Under the pieces are notes generated by a model. It saw only the letters and a list, made by a program, of their open reading frames with translations. It ran no database searches and was not told the origin of the DNA. A stretch of 64,000 nt of DNA from a virus. Positions 27,327 to 35,114 of the stretch are shown piece by piece (the stretch's first letter is position 1; every line of letters begins with the position of its first letter). A program made the translations under genes and the position numbers. The DNA is taken from the IMG/VR virus record IMGVR_UViG_3300025150_000003, positions 32,001 to 96,000 of that record; one strand, 5' to 3'.

Positions 27327-27752
27327 TCACGATGTTGCTCCCACGAGGATGGTCAGCGAGGGGTTGTTGATGGTGGACTTCCGGTTGGAGTCTAGGTCGA
27401 TGACCTTGACCTGCCGAGTCCACCAACCGCAGCCGTTGTGGTAGGACTTGCCGAAGCCCAGCACCTTGACCCGCACCACCTCTTTGCTGGAGACGGCGTG
27501 CAGGGTGGCACCCACGGTGATTTCGGTGTTGAACATGTCGTAGGCGACCACCAGGTTCGTGTAGGCCGTCGGGTGGCCCTGTTGGCCAACATCTGCGGGG
27601 ACCCGCACGTTGAGAGCGGGGATCCAGAGACCCCTGCCGAAACTCTGGTTCACCAGACCGTCCGGCGTCTCCCGTGAGAGAAGCTCATAGCCGACCACAG
27701 TCTGCCCTGCGAGGGGACCTGTGGAGATGAGGAATTTGCTGTAGTTGCTCAT
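27327..27752 (-). CDS. hypothetical protein
   Basis: ATG 4 nt after motif A. Confidence 0.6.
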   Translation of the reverse strand: MSNYSKFLISTGPLAGQTVVGYELLSRETPDGLVNQSFGRGLWIPALNVRVPADVGQQGHPTAYTNLVVAYDMFNTEITVGATLHAVSSKEVVRVKVLGFGKSYHNGCGWWTRQVKVIDLDSNRKSTINNPSLTILVGATS

Positions 27753-27756
27753 ACCC

Positions 27757-27828
27757 CTACTACGGAGGGGAGGCTGAAATTGAGCCCCTAAAATTGAGGG
27801 CTCAACTTAGCGAAGTCATCCGTACTGG
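27757..27828. promoter_or_regulatory. back-to-back divergent pair of motif A
   Basis: 27757-27787 (-) and 27798-27828 (+, CGTACTGG variant) at a strand switch. Confidence 0.75.
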
Positions 27829-27853
27829 GGGCAGAACACAAACGGAGGACCCC

Positions 27854-28216
27854 ATGAGCAGCAACCCCACAGTCGGCGAAGGCGCAACCCTCAACTACTG
27901 GTCCGACCGAGACGCCGGGACGGTCGTGCGGGTCAGCCCCAGCGGCAAGACCGCCTACGTCCGCCGGGACCGGGCCACCCTGCTGAACGGAGCCAACTCG
28001 GGAGAGCCGGATGCTCTCAAGATGTCCCCTGGTGGGTTCTGTGCCCACGTCGAGGGCGTACAACGATACGCCTACGAGCCCAACCCCAAGGGTCGGCTCT
28101 ACAAGGTGACCCTGCGTGCCAACGGTGAGTGGCGGCAGGTGGGCACCAAGGCCGGCGAGAGGGGTGGGACCGTGACCTTCGGTGTCCGCTCCGAGTTCTA
28201 CGACTACAACCGCTAA
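27854..28216 (+). CDS. hypothetical phage protein
   Basis: GGAGG RBS; VGEGAT...WSDR..GTV. Confidence 0.7.
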   Translation: MSSNPTVGEGATLNYWSDRDAGTVVRVSPSGKTAYVRRDRATLLNGANSGEPDALKMSPGGFCAHVEGVQRYAYEPNPKGRLYKVTLRANGEWRQVGTKAGERGGTVTFGVRSEFYDYNR

Positions 28217-28226
28217 GAGGTTCGAG

Positions 28227-28631
28227 ATGAAGCGTGAGAAGCTGAAGTTCCTGGGCTACCGCAACGTGGCCACCGGGAGGAAGATCCTGGGCCACCTCAA
28301 TCCGCGTGACCTGCCCGAGGCAGACGCCTGGTTCACCTCGGTCATCGACTGCAAGGATGACTCGTACCCGGACCAGCACACGTCCGAGGTGTGCCTGTTC
28401 AACGGGTCCCATCACCACCTCTCGCCGACCTGGCCCATCCTCGGCTTCTTCGACCGGAAGGTGGCGGAGCAGTGGGAGGAAAAGCTCCGTGTGTTCGCCC
28501 GCACCCTGGACCCGGAGAACTCCTTCGACCACTTCGACAAGGAGGTCAACGGAGACAAACGACTCGGTGCTTGGCTCACCGAGCAGGGGTTCGAGCGGTT
28601 CAACCACATCTGGTGGGTGCTCAAAAAGTGA
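28227..28631 (+). CDS. hypothetical protein
   Basis: GAGG RBS; GC3-biased codons. Confidence 0.65.
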   Translation: MKREKLKFLGYRNVATGRKILGHLNPRDLPEADAWFTSVIDCKDDSYPDQHTSEVCLFNGSHHHLSPTWPILGFFDRKVAEQWEEKLRVFARTLDPENSFDHFDKEVNGDKRLGAWLTEQGFERFNHIWWVLKK

Positions 28632-28639
28632 GGCTGTAG

Positions 28640-28670
28640 GGGCTCAATTTCCGAGTCTCGTCCGTAGTAG
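28640..28670 (+). promoter_or_regulatory. motif A
   Basis: GGGCTCAAT-N14-CGTAGTAG. Confidence 0.75.
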
Positions 28671-28703
28671 GTTCAGAACGATGGACACACGGGAGACACC
28701 AAG

Positions 28704-28967
28704 ATGCGTAGCAACACCCAGAGCTTCAACCCCGCCAACTACAACTTCTCGTGGACCTCGGACAACTGGTACGACTGGGATGACAAGGCGGCCCACAAGG
28801 CGGCGATGCAGGACCGCAACGCGGAGGCCAAGCGCCTCAAGCTCGCTGGCCAGACGGTCCGCAAGGGCAGCCGCTCGGGAAACCTCATCACCCGTGGCGG
28901 TATCGGCTCAGGTCACCCGCAAATCGAGATGATCGTCACGGTCTACACCCTGACCGTGGTCGGCTAG
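28704..28967 (+). CDS. hypothetical protein
   Basis: GGAG RBS after motif A. Confidence 0.65.
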   Translation: MRSNTQSFNPANYNFSWTSDNWYDWDDKAAHKAAMQDRNAEAKRLKLAGQTVRKGSRSGNLITRGGIGSGHPQIEMIVTVYTLTVVG

Positions 28968-28979
28968 AGGAGAACCACG

Positions 28980-29261
28980 ATGGCCACCACCCAGACTTAC
29001 AATCCACTCATCTTCGGATTCGAGTGGAACCCCGATGGTTCCTTCACCTGGAACCAGGCCGAGGCCACCAAGGCGGCCGATGACGCTTGCGAGAGGGCTG
29101 CTTTGCAACAGGCAGCCCGTGGCTACAACGTGGTGCGATTCCAGGTCCCCGGTCAGGTCACGCGAGCCTACAACCCCCGGACGAAGGCTTACCAGGACTT
29201 CACCGTGACATGCTTCGGGTTCGCGGCTTACGAAGCTGTGACGGTCCTGACCAAGCCCTGA
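28980..29261 (+). CDS. hypothetical protein
   Basis: AGGAG RBS. Confidence 0.65.
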   Translation: MATTQTYNPLIFGFEWNPDGSFTWNQAEATKAADDACERAALQQAARGYNVVRFQVPGQVTRAYNPRTKAYQDFTVTCFGFAAYEAVTVLTKP

Positions 29262-29274
29262 ACGGATACAGGCT

Positions 29275-29751
29275 ATGAACGAAAACCACCAACGCGAACA
29301 ATACTGGTTCGACCTCCCCACCCGCCGATTCCTGGTGAGGCTTGTTCGCCAGTACCAGGAGCCACTCCTGCTCTGCTGCCCAATGCTGGGCTATGAGATG
29401 GCTCTAGATCGTAACCCACCCCTTGTCCTCGACATCGACCGTCGGTTTGTGGGTGAGCCCTGGTTTCGAGAGTGGAACCTCCACCGCCCCCAAGCGATGT
29501 TCAAGCCCGACCTCGTGGTGTTCGATCCACCCTTCACCACGGTCAAGCTCGACCGTCTCTGGAATGCCATCCGAGTCCTGGTCATGGGTGACTGGACGAC
29601 TCCCATGGTGGTGGTCTGGCCCAAGTACCGGGAGGCTGACCTTCTGGGCACGTTCCATCAGGCTGGGCTGAAGCCCACAGGCATCATTCCCGGCTACCTC
29701 TCCTGCTCCCCTGGTGCAGAGTTCTACGCCAACTTCGACCTGGAGGGCTAA
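29275..29751 (+). CDS. DPPF-type methyltransferase resembling EEF1AKMT1/N6AMT2 family
   Basis: EQYWFD, LDIDRRF, DLVVFDPPF, FYANF. Confidence 0.65.
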   Translation: MNENHQREQYWFDLPTRRFLVRLVRQYQEPLLLCCPMLGYEMALDRNPPLVLDIDRRFVGEPWFREWNLHRPQAMFKPDLVVFDPPFTTVKLDRLWNAIRVLVMGDWTTPMVVVWPKYREADLLGTFHQAGLKPTGIIPGYLSCSPGAEFYANFDLEG

Positions 29752-30395
29752 TGGGCCACACCACCCTCATCTTCCTCGACATTGACGGCGTAATGAACCG
29801 TTACGGCCATCCGCAACAGGAAGTGCTGGATGAGCATCTCGTTGGACAACTGAATCGGCTTCAATCCTGGCTTGGGACTCAAGTCGTGTTCAACTCCGCC
29901 TGGAACTCCCATTCCCTGGACTACATGAAAAACGCCTTTGCCAAGGCAGGGCATCTGTACCCGGCAACTCTCATTGGCCAAACCGGAAGCTGTGCCGGTG
30001 GTGGGGATCCCGTGCGGGACTACCTCATCGAGAACGATCTCGTAGGAACCCCGTTCATCATCATCGACGATGGAGACAGCAACTACGGAGAGATGTGGTG
30101 CCGTCTGGTCCGTTGTGACCCGAACGAGGGCTTCACGGACAAGAGAAGGAATCAGGCGGAAGACCTGATCTGGCAGGCCCTCTCTCCCCGAGAGAAGGAG
30201 TCACGGGAGACGGCCGTCAAACACCTTGTGGATCACGCCCACTGGCTGGCAACGCGGACTCACTGGCTCACCCCAGAGGACCGAGAACGCTACATCCGAA
30301 TGGATCTGGACCTCGTGGCACACTGCCTGCTTGTCCCTGATTTCCTGGAACAAGCACTCCTGGTCAAGCCAACTGCTTCGCCAGAATCCGAGTGA
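29751..30395 (+). CDS. HAD-family phosphatase (Swiss-Army-knife RNA repair type)
   Basis: IFLDIDGVMN, VVFNSAW, FIIIDD, GFT. Confidence 0.75.
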   Translation: MGHTTLIFLDIDGVMNRYGHPQQEVLDEHLVGQLNRLQSWLGTQVVFNSAWNSHSLDYMKNAFAKAGHLYPATLIGQTGSCAGGGDPVRDYLIENDLVGTPFIIIDDGDSNYGEMWCRLVRCDPNEGFTDKRRNQAEDLIWQALSPREKESRETAVKHLVDHAHWLATRTHWLTPEDRERYIRMDLDLVAHCLLVPDFLEQALLVKPTASPESE

Positions 30396-30819
30396 TCAAA
30401 GCGTCCTTGCCACCTGGGATCTTCGAGGCTCCCCGGATCCCCAGGTGGTTGGAGGCATAGGAACGCAGCTCCGTGATGGAATGCTGGGCCAACCCTTGTG
30501 CATCCAGGGTGTCCAGATGGTCCCACTCATTGGATTTCGTGACCGGGGCTGGATTCTTGACCGGAACTGGCTTCTTGACCACGGGCGGAGACTCAACCAC
30601 GGGCGAAGACTCGACCACGGGGGGTTTCACCACCACAGGACGTGGTGCCGGGAGGGGCATCCCATCTCTGTAGGGTCGCTCGACCGGGCACCCTAGCAAA
30701 CACCGCTGGGCTCCTGCGTGGAACTTGGCCGAGGGGACATGCCTGCGGCAAGCCCAAGTGTTGTCATCAAGCCAGATGGGGCTCTCAGGGGCGGTTCGTC
30801 TGGCTACGGGATAGTACAT
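30364..30819 (-). CDS. hypothetical protein with C-terminal HeH-like motif
   Basis: Pro/Val repeats then ITELRSYAS..LGI...KDALITRI. Confidence 0.55.
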   Translation of the reverse strand: MYYPVARRTAPESPIWLDDNTWACRRHVPSAKFHAGAQRCLLGCPVERPYRDGMPLPAPRPVVVKPPVVESSPVVESPPVVKKPVPVKNPAPVTKSNEWDHLDTLDAQGLAQHSITELRSYASNHLGIRGASKIPGGKDALITRILAKQLA

Positions 30820-30856
30820 TCACGGTCCTATTGGTCTGCACAAAGTTGGGAGCCTG

Positions 30857-31180
30857 TTACACGGTCTCCAGGAAATCCAGCTCCCCTTCGACCACGCAAG
30901 CCACCACATTGGGGTCCTTGTCGTACAACGGTAGAGCCCCATCAGGCATCTTGTCTACGAAGAACACCTTCTGCCCGATGGACTGGTAGTCCCTCCCACC
31001 TCGCAGTGGGTGGGTCATTGAGGCGGTGACCTTGGCTCGACCCTCAGGCGTCGAGAGGTACTGAGCAATGATGCTCTGCTTCAGGTCATAGTCTGATTGA
31101 GGTGGTGGCTCCACAACGGGAGCCACCACGATCTCGGGTTCCTCGTATTCCCAGAACCAATCGGGCAGGACGGGGGGCAT
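30857..31180 (-). CDS. short protein resembling N-terminus of a jumbo-phage major capsid protein
   Basis: KQSIIAQYLSTPEGRAKVTASMTHPLR..RDY..IG.K.F.VDKMPDGALPLYDKDP (recalled similarity, unverified). Confidence 0.5.
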   Translation of the reverse strand: MPPVLPDWFWEYEEPEIVVAPVVEPPPQSDYDLKQSIIAQYLSTPEGRAKVTASMTHPLRGGRDYQSIGQKVFFVDKMPDGALPLYDKDPNVVACVVEGELDFLETV

Positions 31181-31185
31181 GGGGG

Positions 31186-31482
31186 TCACCTTGGGTTCGT
31201 GCAGCCTGGAAGCTGAGAGCAGGACGTCATCCCCATCACGCAGGTAGGGTTCAACGGATGCCCACTCTCTTGTGTGTCTGTGCAGAACTTCACACAGCTC
31301 GTGCCGTCTTCCAATGGAAGACCCTCGGGGCAACCAAGCTGCTGTAACTTCTCACAGGCCGCAGGGCAATTCTCTGTGTCCGTCGGCTCGATGGCGATCG
31401 GTGGGGGGCGAGTCTGGCAGGTGGACCCTAGCAGGAAGCTGGCCACCACCAGAGCAAGAATCATCCGAAACAGACGCATCAT
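31186..31482 (-). CDS. secreted/lipoprotein-like Cys-rich protein
   Basis: Signal peptide, 9 Cys. Confidence 0.6.
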   Translation of the reverse strand: MMRLFRMILALVVASFLLGSTCQTRPPPIAIEPTDTENCPAACEKLQQLGCPEGLPLEDGTSCVKFCTDTQESGHPLNPTCVMGMTSCSQLPGCTNPR

Positions 31483-31835
31483 GTCTCCTCGGGCTTTCCG
31501 AACAGCAAACTGTCGTCCACGTTGAACAGGTAGATGACCCCAAGGTCGGTAGACGGATCGTAGTTGGCCTCGATGTGAGGCGGACCCGGCTCATCCGGCC
31601 CCAGAGGCTCCACCACGATGCCTTGGTCGGCCAGGAGATTCTTGAGACGATGAGACTCCTGGATCAACTGTTCACGGGGACAGGTCATGAACACGTTGGG
31701 AAACGGCAGAGCACACTCCATCTCCCCGTTCGAGACTCCGTCACCAGAGTCCGTCGTGTGGAACCCCCACAGTTGAAGTTGCATCACCGTCCGACGAATG
31801 CCGGGGCAGAGGTCCTCTGGATTGAAATCACTCAT
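31479..31835 (-). CDS. hypothetical protein
   Basis: LCPGIR..V..L...GF.TTDSGDG motif. Confidence 0.65.
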   Translation of the reverse strand: MSDFNPEDLCPGIRRTVMQLQLWGFHTTDSGDGVSNGEMECALPFPNVFMTCPREQLIQESHRLKNLLADQGIVVEPLGPDEPGPPHIEANYDPSTDLGVIYLFNVDDSLLFGKPEET

Positions 31836-32626
31836 CCCTGTCGCTCCTGGTAGGTCTCGAAGCCAGCCTGGGGAACCCAGAAATCGCTGCTGACGTCACT
31901 GATCAGTGTCGCGGGATCCATCAGGTAGAAGCCGTTGTCACCCCAGTTGGTGCCCCACGAGTTCTCTCCGATGAACTTCCCATCCTTCATACCCACAATG
32001 CAGGTGGCGTGACGCCCCGTCCGATCGTCATTGCTGACCGGAACAAGAACCTGACCCTTCCGGTAGGAACTCCAGGCACCATTCACGTTGGTGCCGAACA
32101 CCACGGGGTTGTTCGCCTGGAGAGCTTCGACGACCATATCCACACGGGCCAGGCCCGTCGAGCGGATCTTGTAGAAGGACTCGATCTTCGAGAGGTACGC
32201 CTGACGCATGGCGTCCCAACTCGGGGCCTCGAAGATGGCCCGGAAGTCCCACGGATGGGCCATCTCCGGTGGGACCCCGAACCGTCGCATCGCATCGAAA
32301 GCGTGCGAGATGTAGGTCCCCTCGTCGATGTGAGTCTCCTTAGGCACCATCAGGTTCCGGGCGAACCAGTAGATGGCCAGACGACTGAGATCCACATGGG
32401 CAGCGTGCCCGTACTTCATGATTCGCTTGATCTCGAACGCCTTGCAGGTTGCCTGTGCAACACAGGTGTTCGTGGCCCCTTGGTCATGTCGGGGGCTGGT
32501 CCACGGGCGGAGGTCTACGTCCCCAGTGGTCGCTTGGACCATTCTTGCACGCAGCTTGCCCTCGAACCCCCAGTGTTGGGGACTATCGGGCTCTGGACGA
32601 AAACCCTTGAGGGTGTACTGAGTCAT
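31832..32626 (-). CDS. papain-like (C1) cysteine peptidase
   Basis: DQGATNTCVA, GRHA, ENSWG..WG.NGF. Confidence 0.9.
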   Translation of the reverse strand: MTQYTLKGFRPEPDSPQHWGFEGKLRARMVQATTGDVDLRPWTSPRHDQGATNTCVAQATCKAFEIKRIMKYGHAAHVDLSRLAIYWFARNLMVPKETHIDEGTYISHAFDAMRRFGVPPEMAHPWDFRAIFEAPSWDAMRQAYLSKIESFYKIRSTGLARVDMVVEALQANNPVVFGTNVNGAWSSYRKGQVLVPVSNDDRTGRHATCIVGMKDGKFIGENSWGTNWGDNGFYLMDPATLISDVSSDFWVPQAGFETYQERQG

Positions 32627-32669
32627 GGGGATCTCCTTACGTTGCCTCTGCCCGTGGACCATACCCGGC

Positions 32670-33473
32670 CTAGACCACCTTCATCCGGGGTTGGGATTTC
32701 CGGTAGGTATCCACCGCCCGGATGATGTCCGCGACCAAAGTGTGACGAACCACGTCATCCACACTCATCTCGTAGGACCCCACACCACCGACGTTCTCCA
32801 GGATCCGGCTCATCGTGATCAGCCCACTGCCCTCCAGGTCCGTCTGGGAAGCATCCCCAGTGAGCACACAGCGAGACCCCTCACCGATCCTCGTCAGCAT
32901 CATCAGGAGCTGATCGAAGGTGCAGTTCTGGGCCTCGTCGAGGAGGATGTAGGCGTTTTCGAGGGTCCTGCCTCGCATGTACGCCAGGGGCACGATCTCG
33001 ATCTTCTCGTTCTTGAGGTGACAGTCCACCCTCCCCTTCGACAGGATCTTGTAGAGGGAGGTGAGCAGCGGTTGCAGGTACGGGGCAACCTTCTCACCAA
33101 GGTCACCCGGCAAGAATCCCAGATGCTCCCCGGCCTCTACTGCGGGTCGAGTCAGGACGATGCGGTCCACCAACCCCTTCTCCAGGGCGTAGACCGCCTC
33201 GTAGACGGCGAGGAAGGTCTTGCCCGTCCCGGCCGGGCCGAGTCCGAACACCAGGTCGTGGGACCGAAGGACATCCTGATACTCGCGTTGCCCCGTGGTC
33301 TTGGGGTGGACAGGGGTCAGTTGACGATGATGCTCGTGAACATCCTGACGCTCTATCTGAGGTTCAGGTCGGCGCTCCTGCCGACCTTGCTTGTTCCCCA
33401 TCCTCTTCTGACTGGTCTGTGGTTTCCGGGCTGCACTTCGCCTCATGAACTCTCCTTGGACTGCGGAGGACAC
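32670..33473 (-). CDS. phoH: PhoH family protein
   Basis: GPAGTGKT, RPAVEAGE.LGFLPGD, YMRGRTL, LDEAQN, TGD..Q.D, VVRH. Confidence 0.95.
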   Translation of the reverse strand: MSSAVQGEFMRRSAARKPQTSQKRMGNKQGRQERRPEPQIERQDVHEHHRQLTPVHPKTTGQREYQDVLRSHDLVFGLGPAGTGKTFLAVYEAVYALEKGLVDRIVLTRPAVEAGEHLGFLPGDLGEKVAPYLQPLLTSLYKILSKGRVDCHLKNEKIEIVPLAYMRGRTLENAYILLDEAQNCTFDQLLMMLTRIGEGSRCVLTGDASQTDLEGSGLITMSRILENVGGVGSYEMSVDDVVRHTLVADIIRAVDTYRKSQPRMKVV

Positions 33474-33515
33474 ACAGAGCAGAGGAGATAGAGGCAGTAG
33501 CGAAGATCCCGACCG

Positions 33516-35114
33516 TCAGGGCTTGATCCCCACCAAGAAGGGTTCCCAACCCGGCTTCAGGGCCGTGGCCCACCCATCGAACTTGGCTGCCTCTGAGGTT
33601 GCTGCCGCAGTTAGGGAGTAGCCATCCTTGAGTCCGTTCTTCGCTTTCCCGGTTGCCCCCCCGTAATCCAAAGCGATTCTATCAACAACCTGTGGGTCGA
33701 TGTTGCCCACTTTGCCCACGACCTCTCGCTCGGCACCGAAGTGCTGATCGATAGCCTTGCTCGTGTTCAAATATTTCGGAAAGCCACTGTTTCCAGTGAT
33801 GAATGTCAGCCCCTTACGTCGAGCTACAAAAGCTCCGGTGGGCACCCTGACACACCACACCGTCCCTGTGTGGTGCACCTTTTCAACCTGAACAGCTACC
33901 CTTGCCAGATCGGCAAGGGCTTCCCATGCGCCTCGAACAGCTTGTGTGCCTGATTCGAGGCGAACAACGCCAAGTTCTCCAGCCTGTTGTCCACGGGGTT
34001 GTGGTTCAAGTGATGCACCGTCTCCTGTCGAGAGAGACACCGACCCAACACCTGAGCTACGATCAGTCGGTGTTCCATGATGTACCCATCCTTGCGGGCC
34101 ATCGGGCGGAACTCGGGGGGGCAGCGCAAGTACCGGATCTGTCCGTTCTTGGTGTAGTTGCCCTTTTTCCTGAAGTAGGTCACCCCACCCTTCCAAGCCG
34201 GGTTGCTCGGCCCCGTCATTTTCTTGATCGCAGATGCTCTCCCTTCGGGAGACACCGCCGCAGCCCCCTTGTGCCCGTGCTTCGCCCAGTCCTGACCCCG
34301 ATGCACTCCGTTGCACTTCCGAGAGCAAACTGGCTGGCGTGCCCCCTTCCGAAGCCACGCATCGGGATACCACTTCAGCGTGCCACACACTGTGCAGGCA
34401 ATGAACTGCCCCTTCCGTTCCGCCAGGGGCTTCTTGATCTGCACTCGGATCCGGTTCGCACAGGAACGTCCGCACGTCTGTTGTGACGCTTTGTGGGGGA
34501 TGAACTCCCCACTGCACGCTGGGCACAACCTCGGTTGCTTCCAGCCCCTCCGCTCGGATGAACTCCCAGTGACCCTCTCGTTGGACAAGGCAGCGGTGTC
34601 CGACGGACACGATGTGGTCAGTGCCGTCTCCATAGAGACGGTAGGCTTCTCGGTCGTAGGGGTACTCAAAGGTTTCCTCCACAGACTGCCATGTGAGTTG
34701 GCCGGTCTCGGGATTGAAGCCCAACACCTGCTTTCCGACCTTGGCTCTATGGTAGTGTGCCCACCCCTCTGGGGTCAAGATTTCAGTGTCCTCCGTGAGA
34801 CATCCGTACCCCCAAGCCTCAAGGGACCCTTCCACGGGCAGGACGAACCCTGCCTCCTCCATGGCAGCCGCAAGTCGATGGAATGTGCGGGTGGCCGAGA
34901 ACACCTTGATGATGCCGCCAGAGGGCAGAACGTCAAAGCAGGCTTTCAACCATTCTAGGTGCCAAGCCGCGTTTTCCTGACCAGTGCCTTCTGCATCCCA
35001 ATCCCTTGACATGAAGCCCACCAAGTATGGGGGGTCCGTGACCACAGCCCCGACACCCTTCAAAGTCTTTAGGACCTGGAAGCTGTCACCCAGTCTCAGC
35101 GTGATGGTCGTCAT
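33516..35114 (-). CDS. N6A/N4C DNA methyltransferase, catalytic (DPPY) half, intein-interrupted
   Basis: VTDPPY, WGYG|intein|SGFPK, GWATALKPGWEP. Confidence 0.85.
   Translation of the reverse strand: MTTITLRLGDSFQVLKTLKGVGAVVTDPPYLVGFMSRDWDAEGTGQENAAWHLEWLKACFDVLPSGGIIKVFSATRTFHRLAAAMEEAGFVLPVEGSLEAWGYGCLTEDTEILTPEGWAHYHRAKVGKQVLGFNPETGQLTWQSVEETFEYPYDREAYRLYGDGTDHIVSVGHRCLVQREGHWEFIRAEGLEATEVVPSVQWGVHPPQSVTTDVRTFLCEPDPSADQEAPGGTEGAVHCLHSVWHAEVVSRCVASEGGTPASLLSEVQRSASGSGLGEARAQGGCGGVSRRESICDQENDGAEQPGLEGWGDLLQEKGQLHQERTDPVLALPPRVPPDGPQGWVHHGTPTDRSSGVGSVSLSTGDGASLEPQPRGQQAGELGVVRLESGTQAVRGAWEALADLARVAVQVEKVHHTGTVWCVRVPTGAFVARRKGLTFITGNSGFPKYLNTSKAIDQHFGAEREVVGKVGNIDPQVVDRIALDYGGATGKAKNGLKDGYSLTAAATSEAAKFDGWATALKPGWEPFLVGIKP
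33789..34802 (-). mobile_element. intein (338 aa) in DNA methyltransferase
   Basis: N-term CLTEDTEILTPEGW, block B ..GHR, C-term VWCVRVPTGAFVARRKGLTFITGN followed by Ser+1. Confidence 0.9.
33896..34669 (-). CDS. HNH endonuclease nested in +1 frame inside the intein
   Basis: Zn fingers, NPAWKGG, GYIMEHRLIV...LGR.L...ETVHH.NH...DNRLENL; GGAGG 6 nt upstream of TTG. Confidence 0.85.
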   Translation of the reverse strand: MSTPTTEKPTVSMETALTTSCPSDTAALSNERVTGSSSERRGWKQPRLCPACSGEFIPHKASQQTCGRSCANRIRVQIKKPLAERKGQFIACTVCGTLKWYPDAWLRKGARQPVCSRKCNGVHRGQDWAKHGHKGAAAVSPEGRASAIKKMTGPSNPAWKGGVTYFRKKGNYTKNGQIRYLRCPPEFRPMARKDGYIMEHRLIVAQVLGRCLSRQETVHHLNHNPVDNRLENLALFASNQAHKLFEAHGKPLPIWQG

